A stretch of DNA of 64,000 nucleotides from the IMG/VR virus record IMGVR_UViG_3300008108_000086; one strand, 5' to 3'. Numbering within the stretch: the stretch's first letter is position 1; every line of letters starts with the position of its first letter. A program made the position numbers and the translations under genes. The notes under the pieces are model-generated. The model was not told the DNA's origin and ran no database searches. It worked only from the letters and a program-made list of their open reading frames with translations. Source of the DNA: an uncultured virus (IMG/VR IMGVR_UViG_3300008108_000086) (lineage: Duplodnaviria > Heunggongvirae > Uroviricota > Caudoviricetes). Below, piece after piece: positions 17,198 to 26,889 of this stretch.

Positions 17198-17200
17198 GGA

Positions 17201-17223
17201 TTAAGGGGGGTTTCCCCCTTTAA
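17201..17223 (+). terminator. stem-loop, possible terminator or processing site
   Basis: TTAAGGGGGG-TTT-CCCCCTTTAA inverted repeat. Confidence 0.45.
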
Positions 17224-17241
17224 CACACACAAGGAGTACCA

Positions 17242-17730
17242 ATGAAGTTTTTACCAACTTTATTATTTTCTTTATCAATATTAATTATACCTTTATCATC
17301 ACAACAGCAAACACTTTCACTTGAACATGCTGTTTCACAAGATGTGAATAAACAACTTCTTTGCATGGCTAAAAATATTTACTATGAAGCCGCAAGTGAA
17401 TCATTTGAAGGTAAATTAGCGGTAGCACAAGTTACAATGAATCGTGCAAATAGTCCAAAGTTTCCATCCACAATTTGTGAGGTCGTGTACCAAAAAACAG
17501 GCAACACATACCAATTCAGCTGGGTTGGTGAGAAGGTCGGTCCGATTAGAAGTAAGTATGCATGGGAAGAATGCCTAATTGTTGCAAGGAAAGCCTTGAC
17601 AGAACCAAAATTACATGATACAATATACAGAACAAAATCAATGTTCTATCATAACACTTCGGTAAATCCGGCGTGGAAATTGAAGTATGTTGCTAAAATT
17701 GGAAACCATTTGTTCTATACGAAAGCTTAA
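17242..17730 (+). CDS. cell wall hydrolase, SleB/Hydrolase_2 family
   Basis: CMAKNIYYEA...GKLAVAQVTMNR...FPSTICEVVYQ...QFSW...IGNHLFY; N-terminal signal. Confidence 0.9.
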   Translation: MKFLPTLLFSLSILIIPLSSQQQTLSLEHAVSQDVNKQLLCMAKNIYYEAASESFEGKLAVAQVTMNRANSPKFPSTICEVVYQKTGNTYQFSWVGEKVGPIRSKYAWEECLIVARKALTEPKLHDTIYRTKSMFYHNTSVNPAWKLKYVAKIGNHLFYTKA

Positions 17731-17731
17731 A

Positions 17732-17953
17732 GTGCCAACAAAAACCGAAATTAATGAATTTAGTGAAATGATTAGTAAAAGCGTCAGTGAAATGGGTGGT
17801 ACCCATATGGATGCAATCATACATCATTGTGAACAAACAGGCATGGAAGTTGATGTGGCTTCTTCCTTAATCTCCAGTGCATTGAAAGCAAAGATTAGAG
17901 AAGAAGCACAAGACTTAAATCTATTGAAGAAAAGTTCTAAATTGCCTCTATGA
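17732..17953 (+). CDS. gp33: late transcription coactivator gp33
   Basis: MDAIIHHCE...LISSALKAKIREEAQDLNLL; GTG start; synteny with gp59 and gp32. Confidence 0.85.
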   Translation: MPTKTEINEFSEMISKSVSEMGGTHMDAIIHHCEQTGMEVDVASSLISSALKAKIREEAQDLNLLKKSSKLPL

Positions 17954-18558
17954 CCGAAACGACAGGATTTGAAGCATATGCCCTATATCAAAGCATTAAA
18001 CTTCATTTTACTTCTGATACTTACAATTTTTTTCGTTATAACGGAAAGACCAACGTATCAAAGGACAACTTCGCAAACAACAAAGCCAAATATTCTTTTT
18101 ATAAACTTTCCAGAAAGTACAACATAGACGAATTACGGTCGTTTTATATTGCCAATTTCCTGGAAACCAATGTGAATTGGGTCGGTGATATATCTGGTAT
18201 TGAAGGTGAAGAAAACTACAAGAAATGGCAAAAAAGAAACCAGAGCTTGACATACCGCTTCGAACAAGATATAATAGGTCTACTTAACGCAACACAATCA
18301 CCAAATGAAATGTTGATGGTTAACGATGGACAATATCCAGTATTGTTAAAAGAAATGGCTCAGAACACTATAAGCATTGAAACGGTGTGTATATTAAATG
18401 ATATTATGAATTTCTTACCAATGTGGTCTAAAAAAATAACAGATGATGTTGTTTGGCCAACATACAAGAGAAAAATTGAAAAGTACACACCGTTCATTGT
18501 TTATGATAAAGAAAAGTTCAAAGAAATTTTAAAAGAAAGTTTGAAAGAATATGCATAA
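17950..18558 (+). CDS. gp59: helicase loader gp59
   Basis: YQSIKLHF...YNFFRYNGK...FYKLSRK...ISIETVCIL; 33-59-32 order. Confidence 0.88.
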   Translation: MTETTGFEAYALYQSIKLHFTSDTYNFFRYNGKTNVSKDNFANNKAKYSFYKLSRKYNIDELRSFYIANFLETNVNWVGDISGIEGEENYKKWQKRNQSLTYRFEQDIIGLLNATQSPNEMLMVNDGQYPVLLKEMAQNTISIETVCILNDIMNFLPMWSKKITDDVVWPTYKRKIEKYTPFIVYDKEKFKEILKESLKEYA

Positions 18559-19045
18559 AATTAACTGCATCTATTTGGACATGGATGGCGTTATTGCCAA
18601 CTTTGAAAAGAGGTATGTGGAACTTTTTAAGGTTGCACCAAGTTCAACAAGAGAATATAAAGAATTCAATAAATATTTTGATAAGTTTATTGCTGATGGT
18701 AATTTTGAAACACTAGAGTTGATGCCTGATGCAATGGATTTGGTACGTGCTTTGCGTAATGCACTTCCACCAACTCAGATTCTATCCTCTACAGCGAGTG
18801 AGAAACGACATGATGCGGTGTCTAAACAAAAGATAAAGTGGTTGGAAACAAATGAGATTGACTTTCAACGTAACTTTGTACCAGGCAAACATCTAAAGAA
18901 AAAATACGCAAGAACAGACACGTTAATCATTGACGATACCGAAAGTGTTATCACTGATTGGCGTGACTCAGGTGGAGTGGCAATCTTACATAAGAATGTT
19001 CCCGATACCTTGGCACAGTTGAAGTTTATACTTGACGAGGCCTAA
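18551..19045 (+). CDS. HAD-superfamily 5'(3')-deoxyribonucleotidase-like protein
   Basis: IYLDMDGVIANF, ILSS, K..WL, LIIDD. Confidence 0.82.
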   Translation: MHKINCIYLDMDGVIANFEKRYVELFKVAPSSTREYKEFNKYFDKFIADGNFETLELMPDAMDLVRALRNALPPTQILSSTASEKRHDAVSKQKIKWLETNEIDFQRNFVPGKHLKKKYARTDTLIIDDTESVITDWRDSGGVAILHKNVPDTLAQLKFILDEA

Positions 19046-19060
19046 ATAATATTATATAAT
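19032..19060 (+). promoter_or_regulatory. sigma70-type promoter for gene 32
   Basis: TTGACG, 17 bp spacer, TATAAT; CTAAATA late-like motif in the spacer. Confidence 0.75.
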
Positions 19061-19122
19061 GCATCATGTGGACAATCCGTTTATATTCCGTTAATATTCC
19101 GTTTATACTAGAAAGGTAAATC

Positions 19123-20004
19123 ATGGTAGATTTTTCAAATCTTAAAAAGAGTTCAGGCAATCTGGACACATTGAAAGCAAAAGTGGCAGAGCTCAACGCC
19201 TCCACAGAAGGTAAATCCGATAAAGAAAACTTTTGGCGACCAGAAGTAGACAAAGCTGGCAACGGCATGGCTACGATTCGTTTTCTACCCGCAGCAGCAG
19301 TTGATGGTGAAGATGGTCTTCCTTGGGCTAAGATTTTCGAACATGGATTCCAAGGTCCTGGTGGTTGGTTAATCGACAAATGTTTGACAACCAAAAACCA
19401 ACAATGTCCCGTATGTGAACACAACAACAAATTGTGGAACTCAGGCATTGAAGCAAACAAGGACATTGTACGTAAACAAAAACGTAAACTAAGTTACATT
19501 GCAAACGTGTATATCGTTTCTGATCCTAAGCATCCAGAGAATGAAGGACAAGTTAAATTGTTCAAGTTCGGTGCCAAGATTTTTGAGAAGGTTACAGAGG
19601 CGATGAACCCTCAGTTTGAAGATGAAACACCAATCAATCCATTTGATTTGTGGAAAGGTGCTAACTTCAAGTTGAAGATTACTAAGGTTGCAGGTTATCA
19701 AAACTATGATAAGTCTGAATTCATGTCACCATCTGCATTGTTGGATGACGATGAGAAGTTGGAGAAAATTTGGAAGTCTGAATACTCATTGACTGAGTTG
19801 ACAGCTGACAAAGAATTCAAGTCTTATGATATGTTGAAAACACGTTTGGATAAAGTACTTGGTTTGAATGATGATGGTGATGCTCCTCGAGCACGTACCA
19901 CAGTTGAACAAGCTAAGGCTGCACCTAAGAAGCCAGTTGAAGTAGATATCGCAGATACTGATGATGACGATATGGAATACTTTGCCAAGTTGGCTGAAGA
20001 TTAA
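19123..20004 (+). CDS. gp32: single-stranded DNA-binding protein gp32
   Basis: FWRPEVDKAGNG, IRFLP, HGFQGPGGW, CPVCE, KRKLSY, NPFDLWKGANFKLK, acidic C-tail. Confidence 0.95.
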   Translation: MVDFSNLKKSSGNLDTLKAKVAELNASTEGKSDKENFWRPEVDKAGNGMATIRFLPAAAVDGEDGLPWAKIFEHGFQGPGGWLIDKCLTTKNQQCPVCEHNNKLWNSGIEANKDIVRKQKRKLSYIANVYIVSDPKHPENEGQVKLFKFGAKIFEKVTEAMNPQFEDETPINPFDLWKGANFKLKITKVAGYQNYDKSEFMSPSALLDDDEKLEKIWKSEYSLTELTADKEFKSYDMLKTRLDKVLGLNDDGDAPRARTTVEQAKAAPKKPVEVDIADTDDDDMEYFAKLAED

Positions 20005-20035
20005 ACAAAAGCTCCTTTCTCAGAACTTTGTTTAG

Positions 20036-20059
20036 ACCCCGCTTCGGCGGGGTTTTTTA
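20036..20059 (+). terminator. Rho-independent terminator
   Basis: ACCCCGC-TTCG-GCGGGGT followed by T-run, between convergent genes. Confidence 0.9.
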
Positions 20060-20063
20060 TTGG

Positions 20064-21527
20064 TTAAACAACTCTTGTTGATTCAACAATCAATTGCATG
20101 AATGTTGGTTCATCGTTACGCACAGATATTTGACTAGGTCTCAATCCGGTTCTTTCCTGTTTCTGTGAAACATTGTTGACCGTCTTGTTAATAATAGGTT
20201 TCATATCATTAGATGCAAGTATAGGTAAATTCAAATCAGCATTGGTATTTGATAATGATGAAACAGGTGCAGACTTTGGTGCCGGTGCAACAGGACTGGC
20301 TGCAGGTGGCACAACTGGTGTGATTGGTTTATTTACTGGTTTGGTTTGTACTGGTGCAGATGTTAAATTACCTTCAGCATCAAATTCTTGGCCAACAGGT
20401 GCTTGTGGTGTTACGTTTTGTTTTTTAACAGGCTCAGCGGTTGGTGCAGGAGGTATTATACCAAATTTTTCAAATTCATCTATGTCACTTTTTGGAACTT
20501 TTGGTTGATTTCTTAAATAATTTCCAGCAGCTGCAGGATTATAAAGTGCTGCTGCTCGTGTTGTGAATGGTGCATCATCAATATATTTTCTATATTTTGT
20601 AAGTGACTTCTCATATGATTGTAATTCTTCTTCCGACTTAGCAGAATTTAATGCTTGAGCTGCTAAAGCTGTATCACTACCAACGTCAGTGGATATTTGG
20701 TCACGTTGTTTATCCGTCATATTAGACAAAACATTTGTTGCACCAACAGTAATAGCAACACCGGCGAGGCCAACACCGCCAACAGTTAAACTACCGCTGG
20801 CGGCCGCAGCAGTTGCCGCTTGCAAACCAAATCTACCGGCTTTAGATAATACTTCAAGGCCTTTCAATCCAACCTTTTTGGCTACTTCAAGTAGAGTGCC
20901 TCTCATTACCGAAACCAAATCAGCCAAACCTTTTAGTTTCTCCCACATATCACTCCACATTGAATTTTCTTTAACTGGTTCAGCAGTTATCTTACCACCA
21001 GAATTAATTTGTTTCATTAACTTCTGTAGTGTATCAACCAATTCTTTATGACGTTTACCTTTTTCTAAGGCAATTTCTTCTTCAGAATTTTTGGCCAATT
21101 GTTTTAATTTAATATCTTCTTCACGGTTCGTTTGTAAGAAAGAATATATTTTGGATAACTGTTCATTCATACCTTGTGAATCACCGGTGCCGCCAACTTT
21201 TTTTAATTTCTCAGCAGTGTTTCTGGTACCAACAACACTTTTAGTACGACCAGTAAAATAGTCAATATCTTTTTGATTACGACCAGTCATTTTACCAAAC
21301 AAAGCCGGACCAAACCTGGATCCCATAGTCATGAATCTTACAATATTCAAAGGATCAAATTTCGCTTTGATGCCTTTAACTCTAGCTTGACCTTTCAATG
21401 AAATGGTTTTACCAATAGCACCAAGTACACCCGTATCACTTTGTGCTAGTTGGTCAAGCAATATGTCAGAAAAATTTGCTTTTCTGACACTTCTAGCCTG
21501 TTGATAATTTAGTTTATTATCTGCCAT
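20064..21527 (-). CDS. baseplate hub/tape-measure-like protein
   Basis: 487-aa helical then Pro-rich protein downstream of gp26/gp51. Confidence 0.5.
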   Translation of the reverse strand: MADNKLNYQQARSVRKANFSDILLDQLAQSDTGVLGAIGKTISLKGQARVKGIKAKFDPLNIVRFMTMGSRFGPALFGKMTGRNQKDIDYFTGRTKSVVGTRNTAEKLKKVGGTGDSQGMNEQLSKIYSFLQTNREEDIKLKQLAKNSEEEIALEKGKRHKELVDTLQKLMKQINSGGKITAEPVKENSMWSDMWEKLKGLADLVSVMRGTLLEVAKKVGLKGLEVLSKAGRFGLQAATAAAASGSLTVGGVGLAGVAITVGATNVLSNMTDKQRDQISTDVGSDTALAAQALNSAKSEEELQSYEKSLTKYRKYIDDAPFTTRAAALYNPAAAGNYLRNQPKVPKSDIDEFEKFGIIPPAPTAEPVKKQNVTPQAPVGQEFDAEGNLTSAPVQTKPVNKPITPVVPPAASPVAPAPKSAPVSSLSNTNADLNLPILASNDMKPIINKTVNNVSQKQERTGLRPSQISVRNDEPTFMQLIVESTRVV

Positions 21528-21530
21528 TTT

Positions 21531-23156
21531 TTACTTTCTTTGATGTGCTGGTCTATCATCAACCTTTGGTGCATTTGATGATTCGGTTGTATTGTTCACG
21601 TTAGTTGTATTTTGTTGTATGTTTATTGGTGCAGGAGTGTCCTGTTTTTTCATATCGTTATTTTGTATGGATGATTGGTTCACTTGACTACCTGAATTTG
21701 ATGTTGAAATATTTTCTAAACCTTTTGCATATTTTTCTTCATATTGGCCAACTTTTTGAAAAAGAAATTCTTTAACTTCTTTTACTGTTTTTGGATTATC
21801 CAAATCCGGTATTAATTTTTTACCTGTTTTGTCTTTTTTAAGTTTATAGAAAACATATTTATTTGCATCAGCTGCCTTGGGTAATTTCTTTGCAGCAATA
21901 TCATCATCATTCAATTTAAAGAAACTTCTTGCACCGCCAGCACCTAAAAAATGAGCAGTGTATATTGTTGATGCATTTATTGGTATACCTGCTTTTTTCA
22001 ATACTTCGGAATTTTCTTTTATAAACAATGCACCTGCAATAGCATTAGCTTCCGGATCAGTTACACCTTTTTGTTCTAAAATTGGATAGTCTTTACCATA
22101 TTTTTTCACCATGTCCGACCAACTACCTTTAAGGAATTGATATAAACCTGTTGCTGAAGATGTGTCTGCTTTTATATTCGGATTAAATTTACTTTCCTGG
22201 TTTGCCATAGCATACATTAATGGTCTAGACACACCAACAAGAGTTGAAGCTTTATCAATTGCGCTGGCCACAGATTGAGATGGCATTAATAAACCACCAA
22301 TAATAGCGGGGGCAGTACCTAGTGCAATTTTTTGAGCAGTTGATAGATTAGGTACAGGTTTAGATGGCGTTGGTGGTTGTTGTGTTGCGGTGTCTGGTTT
22401 ATTTTGTTCTTTTAGTTTATCAGCTTTAGCTTTCTCCGCAGCCTCACGTTTTAATTTTTCTTGTTCCTCTTTCTTTAATTTTTCTGCTGTTTCTTTCTTA
22501 GCCTTTTCTTCAGCTTCTTTTTTGGCTTTCGTTTCAGCTTCTTTTTTGGCTGCCTCTTGAGCATCTTTTCTAGCCTTTTCCTCAGCAGCTTTTTTAACTC
22601 CGTCATCAACTTCTTTTTTGGCTTTTTCAACTGGTTTTTCAGCTGGTTTAGCTGGATCTGCTGGTTTCTTAGGTGTTTCAGCTGGTTTAGCTGGATCTGC
22701 TGGTTTCTTAGGTGTTTCAGCTGGTTTAGCTGGATCTGCTGGTTTCTTAGGTGGTTCACCAGTTTTCTTAGGCGGTTCTTTGGCCTTTTCTTCCGCCTTC
22801 TTCTCACGGCGTATAACTGCTTTAGGTTTCGGTCTTCTACGTATAGTCAAAGCTCTGATTATTTCAGAGTGTCTTTTTTGTTCCTCAGAATCTTCTTCTT
22901 CTCTAAAGTTAACCTGTTGTTCACGTTCTAATTTTATATCGACACTGTTTTGCACCATCAATTTATAAATTTCACCGAGATATTTGGCGTTAGACATGGG
23001 TTCAGCAGTATTTTCGGTATTTGTTTTAGAAAAAAGACTGCCGATTTTACTTACAGTTCTTTTTAGAAAACTAACAGAACTTTTTGTTTTTTCAGACGCA
23101 ACAGGACTTGACGATTTATCGCCACTGTTTTCTTTTTTATTTCCGAATAACTTCAT
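21531..23156 (-). CDS. tail-associated lytic transglycosylase (SLT-like) protein with charged/Pro-rich linker
   Basis: MANQESKFNP...SSATGLYQF...YTAHFLGAGGA; PAKPAETPKKPAD repeats. Confidence 0.75.
   Translation of the reverse strand: MKLFGNKKENSGDKSSSPVASEKTKSSVSFLKRTVSKIGSLFSKTNTENTAEPMSNAKYLGEIYKLMVQNSVDIKLEREQQVNFREEEDSEEQKRHSEIIRALTIRRRPKPKAVIRREKKAEEKAKEPPKKTGEPPKKPADPAKPAETPKKPADPAKPAETPKKPADPAKPAEKPVEKAKKEVDDGVKKAAEEKARKDAQEAAKKEAETKAKKEAEEKAKKETAEKLKKEEQEKLKREAAEKAKADKLKEQNKPDTATQQPPTPSKPVPNLSTAQKIALGTAPAIIGGLLMPSQSVASAIDKASTLVGVSRPLMYAMANQESKFNPNIKADTSSATGLYQFLKGSWSDMVKKYGKDYPILEQKGVTDPEANAIAGALFIKENSEVLKKAGIPINASTIYTAHFLGAGGARSFFKLNDDDIAAKKLPKAADANKYVFYKLKKDKTGKKLIPDLDNPKTVKEVKEFLFQKVGQYEEKYAKGLENISTSNSGSQVNQSSIQNNDMKKQDTPAPINIQQNTTNVNNTTESSNAPKVDDRPAHQRK
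22638..22757. repeat. 39-bp tandem repeat x3 (encodes PKKPADPAKPAET)
   Basis: AGCTGGTTTAGCTGGATCTGCTGGTTTCTTAGGTG recurs at 22641, 22680, 22719. Confidence 0.9.
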
Positions 23157-23287
23157 TTATTTCTTTGTCGTTCTTTTAGTTTTTGGTTTTCTTCTTCCAA
23201 ATATTGAATCAACATGGCGACATAGATATCTCGTTCCCAAGGTATCATATTTTCAAGTTCGGTAAGACTATACTTATGGTGTTGCAT
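23153..23287 (-). CDS. gp51: baseplate hub assembly catalyst gp51 (frame open upstream into the end of gp26)
   Basis: (LGYDDLKNYYKTNFSL)MQHHKYSLTELENMIPWERDIYVAMLIQYLEEENQKLKERQRNK*; not in ORF track. Confidence 0.85.
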   Translation of the reverse strand: MQHHKYSLTELENMIPWERDIYVAMLIQYLEEENQKLKERQRNK

Positions 23288-23337
23288 CAATGAAAAGTTA
23301 GTCTTGTAGTAATTTTTTAAGTCATCATAACCAAGTA

Positions 23338-24063
23338 TTAGCCGAAAAAACTTTCGAGCCCTTCCACATCCAAGTGGTGTTCAAAACCACATTTGGAACA
23401 AGTCATATCAATTTTCTTAGACAGTTTAGGAATACTATTAAAGAACTTTTCCAGTTTCTCAAACTGTTCTTGGTTTAGTTGTTCAATAAACTCAACCAAT
23501 TCTTCTACAGGAACTTCTTTTGCATAGTGGAATTGTTCACCATCATAAACATATTCAATTGACTGAGCCAACATGTTGAAGGTAACTTCTGTAATGTCAT
23601 CCATATCAACCGAATCTTTGATTAACTTAAATGGTGGATACTTCATTTTAACGGTGATTTTTTCTGTTAATTGAATTTCTGGATCCACATATTCTTCTTG
23701 CACTGGTTGTATCTCAGTCAAATCAATCTTGGCTTCCATGATGTTGCCACAGACTTTATCATCGACTTCATTGTTACAACGGTATTTTGATTCGGAGATT
23801 TCACTGACTGATTTTGCTCTCAACTGTAGAAAATAATATTCAATATCTACGATTGGCAATTCATCAATGTCCACATCTTTAGACAAAGTACACACAGTCA
23901 AAATTTCTCTGACATTGTGTTGAATTGTTTTCGCATCAGAAGATTCCAAGGCCATCATCAAGGCCTTTTGTTCTTTGACTAGATACGGTCTATATTTAAT
24001 TTTCTTTTTAGAAAGTGGTAATTCCAGTTCATATGTTGGCACTTCAAGTTTTGGTAAAGCCAT
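23338..24063 (-). CDS. gp26: baseplate hub assembly protein gp26
   Basis: MALPKLEVPTYEL...YRPYLVKEQK...LRAKSVSE...CSKC...EGLESFFG. Confidence 0.88.
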   Translation of the reverse strand: MALPKLEVPTYELELPLSKKKIKYRPYLVKEQKALMMALESSDAKTIQHNVREILTVCTLSKDVDIDELPIVDIEYYFLQLRAKSVSEISESKYRCNNEVDDKVCGNIMEAKIDLTEIQPVQEEYVDPEIQLTEKITVKMKYPPFKLIKDSVDMDDITEVTFNMLAQSIEYVYDGEQFHYAKEVPVEELVEFIEQLNQEQFEKLEKFFNSIPKLSKKIDMTCSKCGFEHHLDVEGLESFFG

Positions 24064-24077
24064 AATAACTCCTTAGT

Positions 24078-24749
24078 TCATTCATTAAAATTTATTGGTG
24101 ATGATATTGAATCTGCTATGCCGCTAAATCCACTCGAAACAGCATTTCCTATAGAACCACCTAATCCACCCGCTCCACTTGCAATAGAATCTAAACCTGC
24201 ATCCAAAAGGTCCATACCCAAAGCTTGTAGAGACAAGTTTTTCCAGTATGTGTATGCAAATGTTACTGTCAGTTTATGATACCCATCTCCGTTCCAATCT
24301 AAGTCCAACTGATTCATAGAAACTGGATATGCATCCATCAAACTGACAGCATATGTTTTTTCGTTTGAAACGTTGTATTGATTGATTGTCAAAGTTGTTG
24401 CGTAATTTTCTTTGTAACGCATATTGTAATTGTATGTTGGATTGATGTAATTCAACCATCCATCAAAAAGCAATCTTTGTTGCATATCATCATCAACAAT
24501 AAAAGTCAAATCAATATCATTGTATGTTGTAAGATATGGATGTTTTTCAATTGGACCATACGTCTTTTGTTCTGTGGTTGCAAATGTTCTACCAGGTAAA
24601 TTTGCAACTTCACATCTGTAATTGAGTCTACGTGCAGACTTTATATATGGTATCAAAGTTAATGGTAGAGGTATTTCAACATCGAACCTACTGGTTCTAG
24701 CCAAATCACCAGAGAAACTTGATTTAAAATCGTTGAGTGTACGTGCCAT
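24078..24749 (-). CDS. gp54: tail tube initiator gp54-like protein
   Basis: LARTSRFDV...CEVANLPG...DAYPVSM...LTVTFAY (tail-tube family). Confidence 0.7.
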   Translation of the reverse strand: MARTLNDFKSSFSGDLARTSRFDVEIPLPLTLIPYIKSARRLNYRCEVANLPGRTFATTEQKTYGPIEKHPYLTTYNDIDLTFIVDDDMQQRLLFDGWLNYINPTYNYNMRYKENYATTLTINQYNVSNEKTYAVSLMDAYPVSMNQLDLDWNGDGYHKLTVTFAYTYWKNLSLQALGMDLLDAGLDSIASGAGGLGGSIGNAVSSGFSGIADSISSPINFNE

Positions 24750-25367
24750 TTAAGAATTCCTTATTTCTTGGACCGAATCTTTCCAGACTTCTTGTGGTTT
24801 TGCCTTTTTGAACTGCTGAATTGGTAAATATGTTGCAATATCCCATTCATTAGGTTCTACAGCCAGAATTCTGGATTTTATATGACTGTATAGGTAGTGT
24901 TTGATGCAAGGTCTAAATTCTTTTAACTTGGAAGAAGCCTCCAGAATTTGATAGGTGATACGGATTCGCTTTATTTCATCGTTCTCATCATAGATTGCGA
25001 AATTCAATAATTTACGCAGGAAAAGAACCCTGTACTTTAACGGCAAATAATGTAGGTTTAACCCGATAAACCCATCAGATTGTCTTTTAAGTGGTAATAC
25101 CAGTGGAAATCTGTCATAATATGGTAAATTTGCCTTACCTTTTGGATCATACACAAAATAATACATACCACCCATTAAAAATTTCTGTCTGTCTCCTGGT
25201 CTTGTCCATCTATTTTGTTCTTTTGTGATTGGAACAGATAAACGTGTTGGATTTCTGAGTGCTGCAACTTTTTGCAACAACCAACGCAAAGATTCACGGC
25301 TCATTGTTGGATATTGAGCCGCTACCTTTTCTTCAGATAGTGTGGTGAGTATGGATTTTGTCGTCAT
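24750..25367 (-). CDS. gp2: DNA end protector protein gp2
   Basis: YDPKGKANLPYYDRFPLV...GLNLHYLP...CIKHYL; likely ATG at 25367. Confidence 0.88.
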   Translation of the reverse strand: MTTKSILTTLSEEKVAAQYPTMSRESLRWLLQKVAALRNPTRLSVPITKEQNRWTRPGDRQKFLMGGMYYFVYDPKGKANLPYYDRFPLVLPLKRQSDGFIGLNLHYLPLKYRVLFLRKLLNFAIYDENDEIKRIRITYQILEASSKLKEFRPCIKHYLYSHIKSRILAVEPNEWDIATYLPIQQFKKAKPQEVWKDSVQEIRNS

Positions 25368-25378
25368 CGGATATTTAG

Positions 25379-25813
25379 TTACAGTCCAAGATGGTCTTCC
25401 GTTATCAACTTGAATTCCCAACCTCTATCCAAACAATACTCTGTTGCAGCCTTCCATTTGGCTTGATTGACACCCCATGTTACAACCTCTTGTATATATT
25501 GTTTAGTGACACGTTTCTTCTTTTCTGGTTCCATTGTTTGTTTTTTTGGTTTTACTTCAAGCATCATCGTTTTAGTTTGGCCATTTTTGTCTTTAACTTT
25601 AACAACAAAGTCTGGAAAGTATCGGTGCATACGATTGTCAACTGGTGATTTGTATGGAATTATCAATTCTTCTGAGGCCCAAGACACAATACTTGGATTT
25701 TTGTCGAGCCAATTCATCACTCGACATTCCCATGATGAGCGATATATGATGTTTTTGTGGTCTCCCATGTATTTCTGGGGATTTGAGGGTCGAAACGTTC
25801 CTGAATATGCCAT
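25379..25813 (-). CDS. gp4: head completion nuclease gp4
   Basis: NPQKYMGD...YRSSWE...WASEE...HRYFPDF...EVKP...NQAKWKAA. Confidence 0.92.
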   Translation of the reverse strand: MAYSGTFRPSNPQKYMGDHKNIIYRSSWECRVMNWLDKNPSIVSWASEELIIPYKSPVDNRMHRYFPDFVVKVKDKNGQTKTMMLEVKPKKQTMEPEKKKRVTKQYIQEVVTWGVNQAKWKAATEYCLDRGWEFKLITEDHLGL

Positions 25814-25848
25814 AAATACTATATATCACTCTTTCAGAAAACAAAACG

Positions 25849-26889
25849 ATGGCACTTATTTCAATACCAACATCAATTGGCGGCATTAATATACCAGGTG
25901 GATTACTAGGCGGTCCACTTGGATCATTGTATGAAAGTGGAGGACTGGACTTTGTGCAGTATCCAAGAGACTTAGGTAGTTCAACTAAATCACATTCAGT
26001 ATTCTTTACAATCGAAGAAGTCAAAGAAATTGGTTTGGAAGGCATATATGTTTTGAATAGAAATTTTGTGGACATGGGATTTGACGCTGCAGGAGTAGGC
26101 CTAGATGCAATTAACGGTCTCTCGTTTGATTCATTAAGCAGCACATGGGATAGTTTCACATCAACCGTTAAAGACGGTGTAACAAAAGTTGTTGATGATC
26201 CTAGAGGAGCCGCAACTGGCACATTAAACGCAGGTTTTGGAGCACTTGATAGTATAGCTGGAAAAATTGCTGGTGTTACAAACTTTTTTAGTGAGAGGAA
26301 AGGTACACCAGTCGGTTACATATCTTTGTACATGCCAGAAAACTTTTCTTTAAGTTCTGCTGCATCTTATGATGATAGTACAACATTAGCATCAGCTGCA
26401 GGTGCAATACCACTTTTAGGTAAAGTTGTTAGTAAATTTACAGATGTTGTAAACAACGATGCATCAAAAGTTATATTGAACAAAGCTGGTTACGTTTTCA
26501 ATCCACAGAAACAAATGTTGTTTCAAGGTATTGACTTTAGAACATTCGATATGTCATTTACATTTACACCATATTCAGCAAAAGAAGCTGAAGATGTTAA
26601 ACAAATTATCAAAATGTTTAGAAAGTGGGCTGCACCAGCTGCATCAACTGCTTTTGCAGGTATGTTTTGGGTGCCACCTGCATATTTTAATATTGATTTC
26701 CGTTTCCAAGGCAAAACAAATACGAATCTACCAAGATTGCAAAAATGTGTGGTTGAATCAATTGATGTAAACTATGCACCAAATGGATGGACAGCACATA
26801 CAGATGGTGCACCGGTACAAAGTATTGTGAACATCACATTTAAAGAAATTATCTTGGTTGACAGAGCATCAATCGAGGCAGGATACTAA
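25849..26889 (+). CDS. gp48: baseplate tail tube cap gp48
   Basis: QYPRDL, ISLYMP, NPQKQMLFQGIDFRTFDMSFTFTP, VNYAPNG, ITFKE. Confidence 0.82.
   Translation: MALISIPTSIGGINIPGGLLGGPLGSLYESGGLDFVQYPRDLGSSTKSHSVFFTIEEVKEIGLEGIYVLNRNFVDMGFDAAGVGLDAINGLSFDSLSSTWDSFTSTVKDGVTKVVDDPRGAATGTLNAGFGALDSIAGKIAGVTNFFSERKGTPVGYISLYMPENFSLSSAASYDDSTTLASAAGAIPLLGKVVSKFTDVVNNDASKVILNKAGYVFNPQKQMLFQGIDFRTFDMSFTFTPYSAKEAEDVKQIIKMFRKWAAPAASTAFAGMFWVPPAYFNIDFRFQGKTNTNLPRLQKCVVESIDVNYAPNGWTAHTDGAPVQSIVNITFKEIILVDRASIEAGY

Noticed and set aside
22475..22968. Several overlapping repeat-rich ORFs
   Set aside because: Alternative frames of the 39-bp repeat inside the SLT gene
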